From: Vicugna vicugna
Taxonomy: Eukaryota
Direction: 5' to 3'
Assembly: GCA_013265495.1 (NCBI GenBank)
Contig: MU062062.1
Location: forward strand, 2,638,406 to 2,702,405
Length of the DNA: 64,000 bases
Under the pieces are notes generated by a model, which did not search any database, had not been told where the DNA came from, and was given only the letters and a program-made list of their open reading frames with translations. Below, piece by piece: positions 40,101 to 52,100 of the stretch (position 1 is its first letter; the number at the start of each line of letters is the position of its first letter). The translations under genes were made by a program, and so were the position numbers.

Positions 40101-43100
40101 ATTAGCTCCCAGACGACAGCTTCCTGCTGATGGGAGAGAGTTGCTTCACAGGTGCAAACTCAAGATGTGAATTGCACGGCTTGCCAAGTTTCAGCTGTTC
40201 TGACAACGGCTCCTTCTGTCTACTGAGAGGCAGAGGCCGGTGCCCAGAGCCACAGGCGGGCTCCACGGGAAATGTGAGCGGTTCTGCCCCTTGGCGCCCC
40301 CAGGCCTCCCCCAGAGCTGTGCTTACCTTGCTGAGCGCATGGGAGTTGAAGCTGCGGTTTCCTTCCAGAGGCCGCTGTCGCCCTGGGAGCCAGCTGCGAA
40401 GCTCCTTCCAGCAGGGCTGGTGCTTCCGTGAGCATCTGCAGCACGTGCTCACTGCGCTATCCTGTCTGTCCCCACAGGATCGCCGTGTTTTCGGTGACTG
40501 TCCTGCACGACGAGAGGATAGTGATTGTGGCCGAGCAGAGGCCAGACTCCACGGAGGAGGACAGCTTCCAGTGGATGAGCAGGGTGCTGCAGGTAGTCCT
40601 CCTGGCACCCCCCCCTCTGCGCCCCTAACCTCTGGGGGTGTGGCTGCTGTGCTCTCTGGTCATCCCCGCACTCACCCAGCAGCTGTATTGACCGTGAACT
40701 CACAGTTGCGTCCTAGGGAGGTGGCTGTACAGACTGAGATTCGGGTCAGGGTTCGGGGATTTGCAGAACTGGCTCCCACTTGCTTGTGGAGTCTCGAGGG
40801 GACGTTTCTGTTATGACCTGGAGCACGTGCGTGCTGTTCCACATGTCCTGCGGTGCATTCTGCTCAGTGAGGTGTGGTGAGCCAGGGGCCCCCCTTGTGC
40901 TGTGTCAGCTTCTGTGTGCTGGGTTTGCACATCTGAGGATCTGCTCCAGGGCTGTCCGTCACACCTGGTTTCACACAGTTTCCTCTCTGTGACTTTGCAG
41001 GCGATCGACAGCATACATCAAGTTGGGGTTTACTGTCTGGCCTTGGTTCCGGCCAACACCCTCCCCAAAACCCCACTTGGGGGGATCCATTTGTCCGAAA
41101 CGAAGCAGCTTTTCCTGGAGGGCTCGCTTCACCCCTGCAACGTCCTGATGTGCCCCCACACGTGCGTCACCAACCTGCCTAAGCCTCGGCAGAAGCAGCC
41201 AGGTATGTCCAGAGGTCGTGCAGGCCCGGGTCCCCGCCAGCAAGGCCTCAGCCTCCCCTCCGGCCTCCCATCACACGCTCCCGGGGAACTCAGCTCCCTC
41301 CCACGCAGCCCTTCTCCTCAGGGTGCGGTGGGATGTGGCATCTCTTCTGGGTGCAGCTGGGGCTCAGACCTCGATCTCCTGGGTGGCCCTTGGCACAGAA
41401 CCTCTCAGGGTCACAGCTCCCTCGTGCCCAGATGAGCATGAGGCTTCCTTCCATGTTCTGTGAGTCGAGCAGTCGACACGCGGGAAGCACGTGGAAGCCT
41501 GTGAGGAGTTGCGCTGCTCTGCCACTTGGGGTGCGTGGGCACCACCTCTGAGTCATCCTCCACCCAGCTCATCATCCTGCGCTTCGGGCTGCACGTGGCT
41601 GTCAGTGGAGAGGAATTTATTGCAAGAACATGGGTGGTGGGGGAGCAGCCCCTCCGCCAGTGCAGGAACGGGGTCCCGGCCTCCAGCTTGACGTGCCAAC
41701 CTCAGGCAGGCAGGGCGCCCTCAGGCCAGGGTGCTAGGACAACAGACAATGCGTACATGGCACAGATTTTACAAGGAAACGAGGAAGCTATGCCACAGCA
41801 AGGTCAGGAGCTGACCCAAGGCTGTGGGGCCAGAGTTCAGGAGAGACAGAACCAGACCTGACGGCTGTCTGCTCCCCCGATAGGGTGGCAGTGGGGCCAG
41901 GTTTAGGGGCGAGTCAGCTAGAGGTGGTCAGGGGGCACGGGTCCCAGTGCAGTTGGTGGTGGCTGTAGGAACCAGCCCACCCCCGGGAAGGGAGCTTGGC
42001 TGAGAAGGGGTGGGCGGCCCCGCCAGGGTTCAGGTGAGGAGGAGCGTGGGCACCGGGGCTCTGACTCCAGGCCGCTCGCTGCTGTGCCCTCTGAGCACAG
42101 CGTCCATGGGGTGGTTGTGATCCTCTCCCGGCGCAAGACCTAGACAGTCACAGCATGCCTGCTTTCCTGGCACCTTGGGTTTGTGTTTACAGTGATAAAC
42201 ACTGCTCTTCCTCTTAAATTATTCTCTTGTATTCTGACTCCTTAACTAATGTTCCTCCTCCACTTCTTTGCTCTCACCTCTGTTGCACCCTCTCAGTCCC
42301 TGGCTTGTGTGAGTGTCGTGTAGACCAGAGTCACGTCTGACCGAACCGTCCATTTCTTTATTCTACGGGCAATTGCTTCAAGTGGCAAAGCCACTGAAAG
42401 ACACAGCTTGTCCTTCGTGAGCCTAGGAAGTGGATGAAAAATAGCCTCTTTTGTCTCCTCTGGCCTCTGGGTGTGAACAGCACTGGGACTGACACAAGGT
42501 GGCTCTCGGCATGGATTTAATCAAGCCAGGGATGAAACCCAAGTTGACCGCGTGATCTTTGTGATCTTATACTGCGGCTCTTTCAGTGAAGCTCTCCCAG
42601 CCTCCTCTCCTGCTCCCCCCCACCCCTCACTGACCCACACTCACACACCGGCCCTGTACTCTGCAGCGTCTGACCTCCTCCTGAGGTCTTGGTTTCTATG
42701 CATGTGTGTAATGAAAATGTATGAATGGTAATATGAGAAAGGTATCTACGGTTTCTTGCAATCAGAAATTTTGAAAGAGTTTCTATAGTTCTTTAAGAAA
42801 CTTCTTTCATTAAAAAAGAAAAGCTGCCAGGATGGATTGTATCTGCTTTTCCCTCTTGAAATGCGTCTTAGACTGGAGTGAGCGTTGGTGGTCAAGTCAG
42901 TAACAGCGACTAGGAGGGGTGTGGGCCGTGCGGGCGCGGGTTGGTTTGCTATTGCCCGGAGACCCCGAAGCCTTCACAGTGATGAGTGAGTGACTGTGTC
43001 CTCCCCCTTCTGCCGTGTTACTCCTTGAATTCATCCAAAGAAGCACTTACTAAACACACACGGTATTTTGTTGCTGTTGATGGTCAGCTCTCGCTGACGT

Positions 43101-46100
43101 GATAACAACAGGAGCAAGACGCACATCTTTACCTACTTTGAGACACGTCACATGCTAAGTTCTGAACTTGTCTTCTGCGGTATTTTCATCGTCACTGGAA
43201 TGAGTAGGTCTTAGCAGCCCCCCAGCTGGAAACCAAAGGCAGCGACTCTGTAGAGCCCGGGAAGTTTTGCAGGAGCGTGGCTCTGTGGACCCTTGTCAGG
43301 GCTGGTTCACATTTGCTGTCATTGTCGTCGCAGTGGCTGACTTGAAGCCCTGTTCTCGTGAGACTTTTCAAAGCTGGGGCTTCGGGAGGGTTCTCCAGAG
43401 TGAGCTCTGTACCGAAGCGGGAGGTCGTGTTTTCAGGAACTTCATCACATTTTCCTCACGTGTGTGCCGCTGCTTCTTTCCAGAAATCGGCCCTGCCTCC
43501 GTGATGGTGGGGAACCTGGTGTCTGGGAAGCGGATTGCACAGGCCAGCGGCAGAGACCTGGGCCAGATAGAAGACAACGACCAGGCCCGGAAGGTGAGCA
43601 TGGAGAGCCAGACCTCGCCAGTTCCTCTCCACCTGGCGCCCAAGGGCCGGACCACAGACGTCATCGACTCCCACTCCCTCTCTGCCAGCCCAGTCTGTGT
43701 TCCTACCTTCCACCTGCCCTCCTGGTCCCGCAAGCGACACCATGTGGCTCTATAAGGAAAGCGCATTTGTTGGGAGATGCAGTGTTGGGGGACGCTTGAC
43801 AGTAGCACAGTCCCAGGACTGGCAGGCTTGCGGCCAGTGTGGGTCCCTTCCTGTCCTTTTATCCCCTGAGCACTTGTTCCTGGTTCTCCCACAGCCCTGA
43901 TGTGACACCCAGGCTGCCTCACAGCCACATTATTGCGAAGCTACAGTCCTTTGATTGTCGGAATTCAAGAAAATATCAGTTCAGAACCCAGGTCTGGGAG
44001 GCAGACATTCTTAAAGCAGCCTTGGGATCTGTGGGAGAAACTCCATGTAAACATGAAAACTGGTCCCGTGTGGCTGCGAGTCCCCATGATGACCATTCAG
44101 CCCCAGAACTCCTCCCGCTCTCCCAAAGGTAGTCCTGCTGTGGGGGGGCTCCCAGGAAATGTGACAAAGCAGTCACTTAAGATACTGCCAATTGGGTAAC
44201 ACATGATAACATGTTCAGTGAAAGCACTGGATCACCATGTTCCCCAGCTCGTAGTGCATTTCTTTCAGTCGTGGATTAAGGTGAATATGTGGGTATTTGC
44301 TGTATCCTGACCCTAGTGCTGTGTCCTGGCGTGAAATAGGGCCATCCTTGTCACCAGACTGTCAGCCTGGTGCCTACAAGCTGTGTGCTTTGCAGTGCTG
44401 TTGAACGACTTCAGGGATGACCATTGAAAAACAAATTTAAGAGATTCCATTCTTGAAGCAGGGTCGATCTGATTCTGTCATTGCAGCCCCCAGACATCAC
44501 TGTTGCATCTTCTGGAAGCCCAGGGGAAGGGGTTTTCTGTGTCAGTTATCCTGTCTGTGAGGGGAGTGAACGGAGTCTTCCCGTCCATGGGGAGATTTCA
44601 GAACTCTTCCGTAATGGAGGCAGGGCACCAGCCCTCTGGCCTGTGAGTCTGAATCAGGCACGGTGAGTTCAGGTCGCTGCCAGGAAAGCATCGTAAGCAC
44701 CTGCTGGTTCTGCCGATTATATTCGTCAGGGATGATCCCCTCGCTGTGTGAAGGCACCCTGAAAGCACTCAGGCAGACCACGCCTGTTTAAATGTTGAGG
44801 TCAGCCCGGCTCTCGGGACAGTCTGGACCTAACGGCTGTGCTCTGTTCCAGTTCCTGTTCCTCTCGGAGGTCCTGCAGTGGAGGGCGCAGACCACCCCTG
44901 ACCACGTGCTGTACACGCTGCTGAACTGCAGGGTGAGGCCCTGGGCGTCCCCGTGGGAGCACGTGCCTGAGCTTCTGTGTCTCTTTCTTGGGCCACACCT
45001 TCCACCGCAGCCTTCCCTGACTCCTGTTATTTATGTGTTTGTTTGTTGCTGTTTTGACTGAGATCTCTTCACCTAGGGAAGGTTGCTTCTAAATATAAGG
45101 GCTTGAGCATCTGGACGTATGTGTATAGTGTATTTTAGCAATTTTTTTTGCAATGTTTTCCCCCCAAAGTGAGTTGCTGAATGCCTACAACAGAGAACAG
45201 TTGCAGACTTATGAGGTATTAATGTCTTTATTTTTTATTTATTTATTTTTTTACTAAACTACATTTTTATAAGTAAGATGTCATGTTTTAATTACAGGCT
45301 TTCATTCTTAGGAATGAAAATCATTTCTATTTTATCCTTGAGGTTTATGTGTTCACGTTTCAGATTAAAGAAGCAAACTCACCAGGTGTTTGTTGCATAA
45401 TAGTGTTCAAGAAGGAGGCCTTAAACATACAAGCAGATAGTATCAACAAGAAATTTAAATGCAAAAATCTTAATATGCTTGTTAACTTTTCATTTACTTT
45501 GGAAATAAAGCCTGGAAAATGGGTTTAAAATGTAGGTCTTCTTGACCAGTAAGGCTACTTGCAACTTTAGGAAGTGATGGCTAATCAGTCTCTTAATATC
45601 AAAGTCTCAGTGCACCAAGGCATCTGTTGCCTTTTAAAGCAATAGATTAAAGTCAAGTAAAAAGAAATGCTAATAATATAAGTTACTCCCCAAATCCCTA
45701 GTTCGGATATCCAGCTTTCTGACCAGTTTGTGTGATTTAGTTCACAGAAGTAACCCCATCCTCCTCTGTCACAGCTTGTCTTGAGTTGCCCTGCAAGCTG
45801 AGTTGATCCCAGCAGGTCCTTGTTTGCTGTGTCTGTTCAGGGCGACCCCCCTGGAGGGTCTTAGAAAGCACTCCTGCACCCTGGCCCCCGTGAGGAGAGT
45901 TTGGTACCCCACCTTTTGGTGCCTACCCTGGGGCTTCATGGACCCTCTTCCCAGGATTAAGGCTCCCGCTGTCCCTCGGGCTCGCAGGTGCACGGCAGGA
46001 ACCCCGAGGACCACGTGGTTGCTAGGAGCCCTGTGTCTGAAACACGCCCGCTTTCCTTGTCTTTCCTCCGCCCCTTCCTCAGCCTGTGAACATGGACAAG

Positions 46101-49100
46101 ACCACTTCCCTGGCTCTGCTGCCCAGCTGGCCCTCAGCTCTGACACTTCCTGTGTTTCTCTCGCGTCGCCCTTTCTGACTCCTCCGTCCTCTGCACGAAG
46201 CACTACCCCTGGAGGCTGCTCGTGGCTTTGCCTTCTTCTTCCAGAGCTTCTCGTGGCCTCGGGAGGCTTCCAGCAGCACTTGCAGGGTGGCAGCTGGAGC
46301 CGCACTCCAGCCTGACCCCAGTCCCTGGGAAGGACGCCTGCTCAGATGGCCTCCTCTCAGCTCCCTGAGCGGTGCAGTGGCGCTGCCCGGCAACACGGGC
46401 CCGGACACACGGCGTGCCGCCTCTGGAACCTGCAAGCAGCGAGAGTCAGGCTGGGGTCACTGCCATATTTCAGGCTGGGCGAGGGGAAGGCCGCCGTGCC
46501 TGCCCCAGATACTCTGGAGTGTAAGCGATCGCTTAGGAAATGGTAGCCACTGCCCCACCCAAGACACAGAGACCCGAAAGTGACTCAGGCAGGTTCACAC
46601 ACTACATCCCGTCAGTGGGAGGGAACGAGGGCGACAGAGCTCCTCTGACTGTGTCTCTCCTGGGGATCTGCCGTCAGCGGGCAGACCTCAGATTGCCGGT
46701 AGGGTGATGCAGGCACACCCGGCTTGTGGTCAGCAGGTGTGACCTGTGGGCCTGCGTCCCCATTCCCAGACCCTGTGTTCATGGTCCTTTGCTCCAGCTG
46801 GGCACTGCTTGTTAGGGGAAACGTGGTCACTGGGAACAACTCGTATTCTGAAGAGCGCTTCATCCGCGGATCAGCGGGGTGAGCTGTGGAGCTCAAGGCT
46901 GTGAGAACATCTGCTTCAGGTCAGCACCGAGATCGTGTGGCCCACAGTGGCCTCTATCTCCGGAGGCTTTCCTGACGTGGAGGCGGCCACAGCCTGACCA
47001 CCTGGAAGGGTCAGATCAGAGCCAGACATCTGTGTTCACTCCCACCCTCTCTGACCCGCTGTGTGCGCTTACAGCAAATGTCCAGCCGGAACCGAAGGTC
47101 AGGAGCATCACGTCCATGGTCGTTACAGTGTGGTTTCCACTTAACCCTCTAGTTCAGGACTGTCCAACAGAAATAAAACACAAGCCGCACCCCAGTGTAA
47201 TGTTTCCTAAAAGCAATATTTTAAAAAGGCGAAAAGAAATAAGTGATACTCATTCTGAAATGTTATACTTAAGTCAGTAAACTCAGACACTGTCCCCCCA
47301 GCACGTGGCCCCAGAGCTCTTCCAGGCTTCCGCTGCCCCGGACAGCTCCTTCCGTCGATTGTGAATTCCCCAGCTTGGTCATGGCTCACCTAAAACGGGG
47401 ACCCATTTGGTTCTTGCCTGTTGCAAACGGTACCACTCATTGGTCTCCTCCCTGGCAATGCAGTCGGGGGGGTAAGAGTTGTGTGAGATTTGCAGTAGGG
47501 GTGGGGACGTGATTCATGGCAAATCATGGAAGGCTTGCATCCTGGGAACTTAGTTCATACAAAGGAGCATCTGTTATTTTTTTGAAGAGAAACACCAGCC
47601 AACTCTAAACCTTTTTTTCTTCTTTGGGATTTTAAAATGTAAACCTTAACTTGGCTTTTTCTTCATTCTTGGTTATATTTTCAGTTGTCATTATTTAATT
47701 TAATATAAAACTTGTAAATGGTGCTAAATTGGCAGTCGTTGACGCTGAAAGCTGTTGTCGTCAGAACAGGGGTCACGTGGTAGATGACCCTGCACTGCCA
47801 CCCTGTCATGGCACCAACCAAGACCTCTTTTGGGAAGATGCAGCCCTAATTTCCTGTGAGGTACTTTTCCGTAGAGCCACCTCCTTAGGCAGTGGGCTTC
47901 CCCGTGGGACATCCGACTTCTCCCAGGAATGTTGAGGGTGCAAGGCAACCAGTAACCTAAGGATAAATCCCACTACTTCATGGACCCCTGTGACATTCAT
48001 GTTTGTCGTGACAGCGAGTGGAAAATACAAAGTGTGTAGCTGAAAAGCAGTGGCATTTCTCCCGAGGTGAAAGGTGCCGTGTTCCAGCGTTTGGGCTAGA
48101 TTTCTAGACACCAGTCTTGGAGGTCTCTCTGTATTGACCCAGCTTTGTCGCATTCTCCTCTCTGGCTCTTCCACTTCATGTATCTCTTGCTATTATTTTT
48201 AGACCTTACTCAGAAGGAACACAGTTAAGGGACGAGATGTGTAAGCTCAGCCTGTCCACCACATGAGGGCCCGGTCCTGGCACAGCAGGACAGGGCTGGA
48301 GCCAGCCGGACAGCCGCCTGGCAGCCTCCCTCAGCGAGGGCCCCGCATGTTGATTCCCAGGGTGGTTGCGGCCACCCGGGACCCTGGGAGTAACACCAGG
48401 CACTGGTAATTCTGTCCCAATGCCTTGTGACCGGCTCTCCCTCCCTCCGGGTCCCTCCCGCCAGGCAAGTGTTCCGTTTGGGTGGGAGTTCTGTATCTTC
48501 CCACACGTCGCCACCGGGTCCCCGGTGTTCCTTAATGGCCCTGAAGGTTCTGGGCTCTTCTGTCCACATGTTCTCCTCCCGCATGACCAGCTGCTCCTTG
48601 AGGCTCCTTTCTGCACATGGGACAGTGTTTTCCACAGCTCCCCACTGGCTCACTCACGCTCCTTGGAAGCTCCCCACCTAATAAAAGTGTCTGGCCTGGG
48701 CTTGCTGACCTGACGCTCCCGGCCAGTTCGCCCGCTGCTTAAGGAAAGGTCGTTCACCCTGTCCATCCCTGTGAAGTGGGATGCGATTGTGAAGAGCAGT
48801 TTTAAACAGCTTGGACAGTGCTCTGTTCTTCCCGGGAATGTGCGCAAATGAAAGCCTCGTCCTTAGGAGGAACTTTCTCTGGCTACTTAACGTGTTTATA
48901 ACTTGCAGCTTATTCATGCTTTTCTTTTTGGTATAAAGAATAAGTATATGTATTTTGGTATCTCTTAGTACCGATTTTGCTACTGATTTTCCCTATTAGT
49001 GCCTTTCAGTCTAAGTGTGCTTTACAATTGCTTCTGCATGTTTGAAAAGTCTACGTTAGATAAACTTGACGATTCATTTTTTTCTTTCGTAGTTTTTTTT

Positions 49101-52100
49101 CGTTTCGTTTTGTTTTGCCTGTTGCTTGTTTGGAGGTTTGTCTGTTTTCTGACCTCCCTGACTTTTGATGTGGTCCTTCTTAAAAATATTTTTATTATTA
49201 TTATTTTTCATAGTATGAGTCCTACAGATTTACTGCTAATTTGTATTGCCCATGACAGGTACACTTAAGTCCCAGAATGACTAGGTTGATTTTTTCTTTG
49301 GAAGTTTTAGCTATTTTTGAGGTCAAATAATTATTTCTTTAAATGTCCTGTTAATACAAGTATTTCTAGATGCCTCTTCAGTGTTGTGCTTCTTAGCTGG
49401 TGGGAGGGAAAGGAGAGTGAATGCTAATGGGATGGTGTCTCTTGAGGGGGTGACAAAAAACCTTATAAAGCTGACTGTGGCGGTGGTCACGACTCGGTTC
49501 AGACACTAGCACCCATTTAACTGTACATTTTAAACAAGCGGGTTGTATGGTATATGAACTATATCTTAACAAAGCTGGTCTGTTTCTAAAGTCCTCCCTC
49601 CTTGTTCTTGTGCTACTCAGGGAACGATAGCAAACTCGCTGACTTGTGTCCAGCTGCATAAACGGGCTGAGAAGATAGCCGTGATGCTGATGGAGAGGGG
49701 ACACCTGCAGGACGGGGACCACGTTGCTCTGGTCTACCCACCCGGTAAGAAGCAGGCCCCTGCTAGTGCTGGGTGCCGCTGCCGTGTTAGCACCAGAAGT
49801 GGGCGCCGGCTCCTGCCTGGCTCCCTGTGTCTGCTCACTGTCAGTTGGGACTGTGCTGCGCGCTGTACGACTGGTAACGGGGGCACAGGTAAAGCAGTAA
49901 TTTTACACAGATTTTTCTATCTAGATTTGTTTTATTAGATACTTGAGGGAGTTCATTTAATCCGTAGTTCAGAGTTGAGTAGTCCTGAGAGAAATGACAG
50001 CAAGTAGCTTCTTGGCTGCTTTGGCATCTTGTGCCTAAAAAGAAAAGGACCGAGCGGAAGTCGTCCCCGCAGTTTAACAAACCTGCGAGGTGAGGAAAGG
50101 GTCTGTTAAAGGCCTCCGTTACCCGTGAGCCGTCTGGCTTTTTCCAGGACGGTGGTTCTGCTGATGGGCATGACAGCCATTAAACAGCTGGATTTGTTTC
50201 AAGTGAGAACTTTTGCTTTTCCCCCCATGTAGGAATAGACCTCATTGCTGCATTTTATGGCTGCCTGTACGCAGGGTGTGTGCCGATAACCGTCCGTCCT
50301 CCACACCCGCAGAACATCGCAACCACGCTGCCTACAGTGAAGATGATCGTGGAGGTAACGTGGCCTGAGTGTGGGCCTGCAGGTCACAGCCTGGGCTCTC
50401 ACGGCAGGGCCAGGCGCGGGTGTGGGGTCACATGAGAGCCTGCAGTCACAGCTCCTTCCCTCAAGGAGCTCACCATCTAGTTCTGTGAGCAAGACTGAGA
50501 CTTGTGCCTGGAAGTGAGAACTAGCGGGCAGCTTTGCCATGGTGCTGCGGAATCGAGGCAGCTCCCCAGACAGGGCATCCCTGTGGGTGCTGGGAGTTTC
50601 CCCACCAGACCCAAGGAACAGACCAAACCAAACCAGGTGGAGAAGCCATATGTTTTAGAAAGCTCTTTGCTCAAGATTTAGAAGTGTCCTGTGCCTTTTT
50701 GAAAGTACAGGTTTGTTTTAATGTTTTTGGCCTAGGGAAGCTAAAGAGGGTTAGATGTTTTTCCCCTTGAAGGAGGAACCACGAGGGACGTCACGGCAGA
50801 TTCTTCTTTGTAGTTGTGTGGGAGGAGCATTGTGGCCGTTACTCCCCATAGAAAGTGTTGAGGGTGTACATGGAAATGTGTCACTTCTGGTGGGACAGAG
50901 CTGGCGGTGAGAGCAGTGAGTGTGGGTGCTGCTTTCTGAGTGTGGACACCGCTCAGGTCTGGGAACCGCAGGGGCTCGGCCCCCACCAGCCCTGCTCGTG
51001 TGCTTGGTGGTCCAGCTCCTGGCCGCGTGTACCTCTGGTGGCCGACACCAGCCCTTGTGCGGCAGCTGGGTGCCGGGCCGAGCCCCCTCCAAGCTGCCCG
51101 GCCTCCATCTGGAGCTGTACCCACCCCGCCCTTTACCCCCACCTCTCCGCTCTTTGCTCTCTGACCCTCAGGTGAGCCGCTCTGCCTGTTTGATGACAAC
51201 ACAACTGATCTGTAAATTGTTGCGGTCCAGGGAGGCAGCTGCAGCCGTAGATGTCAGGGCGTGGCCCCCCATACTGGACACAGGTTGGTCCTCGAACTAG
51301 CCCAGTTGTTTGTTTGCTTAAATGTTTTTCTGTTAAGTCAGAGATGCTAACAGCTTTGTTTTGCTCTCCAGATGATTTGCCAAAGAAGCGGCCCGCCCAG
51401 ATCTACAAACCTTCCAACCCAGACACGCTAGCCTATCTTGATTTTAGTGTGTCCACAACTGGGATGCTAGCTGGAGTGAAGGTGAGAAATGCAGTCTGCA
51501 TCACGTGTAGTTAGCAGACCACACGGTGATGGTCAGTTTTCATTCTTACACACATGGGGCTCTGGTGGGGCCTGGCAGCAAAATATGGAGAGAGGCACAC
51601 TTGTGCGTTTTGTTTGAGCCATGAAATGCATGACTGTTTCAGTAGTTAGCGAGGCTGACTGGTTCCTTCTAAATGCTCCAACTGCTTTGTGAACACAGCC
51701 TCACTAGTCCCTGATAAAAAAAACTGCTTATGTTTTTCTTTCTTGCTGGTTCTCAAATCCCACTATCCTGTCTATTACAAAACTCTGTACGCTTGGAGTC
51801 CTTGCCTTTTTAACGCGGATCTCATGGTAACTCGCCAGGATGCTGCTCGTTGCGGCCGCAGTGATCCTTCTTCCTGGTGAAGCTGGAACCCGCTGTGTGT
51901 GCCACCAGAACTAGGGCCCTGACAGCTCAGGCGATGTCCTTGTCAAGGGACCGTCAACAAGTTCTCTGCCCTCAGGAATCCCTTCCCTATTACCCGGCTC
52001 CGAGTTCTGACTGCTGAGTTCGCATAGTTTTCCTCATTTAGTTCTCTTACTTCATTGACATTTCCCCAATTTTTAAATTGCAGCAGAATACGCGTAACAT

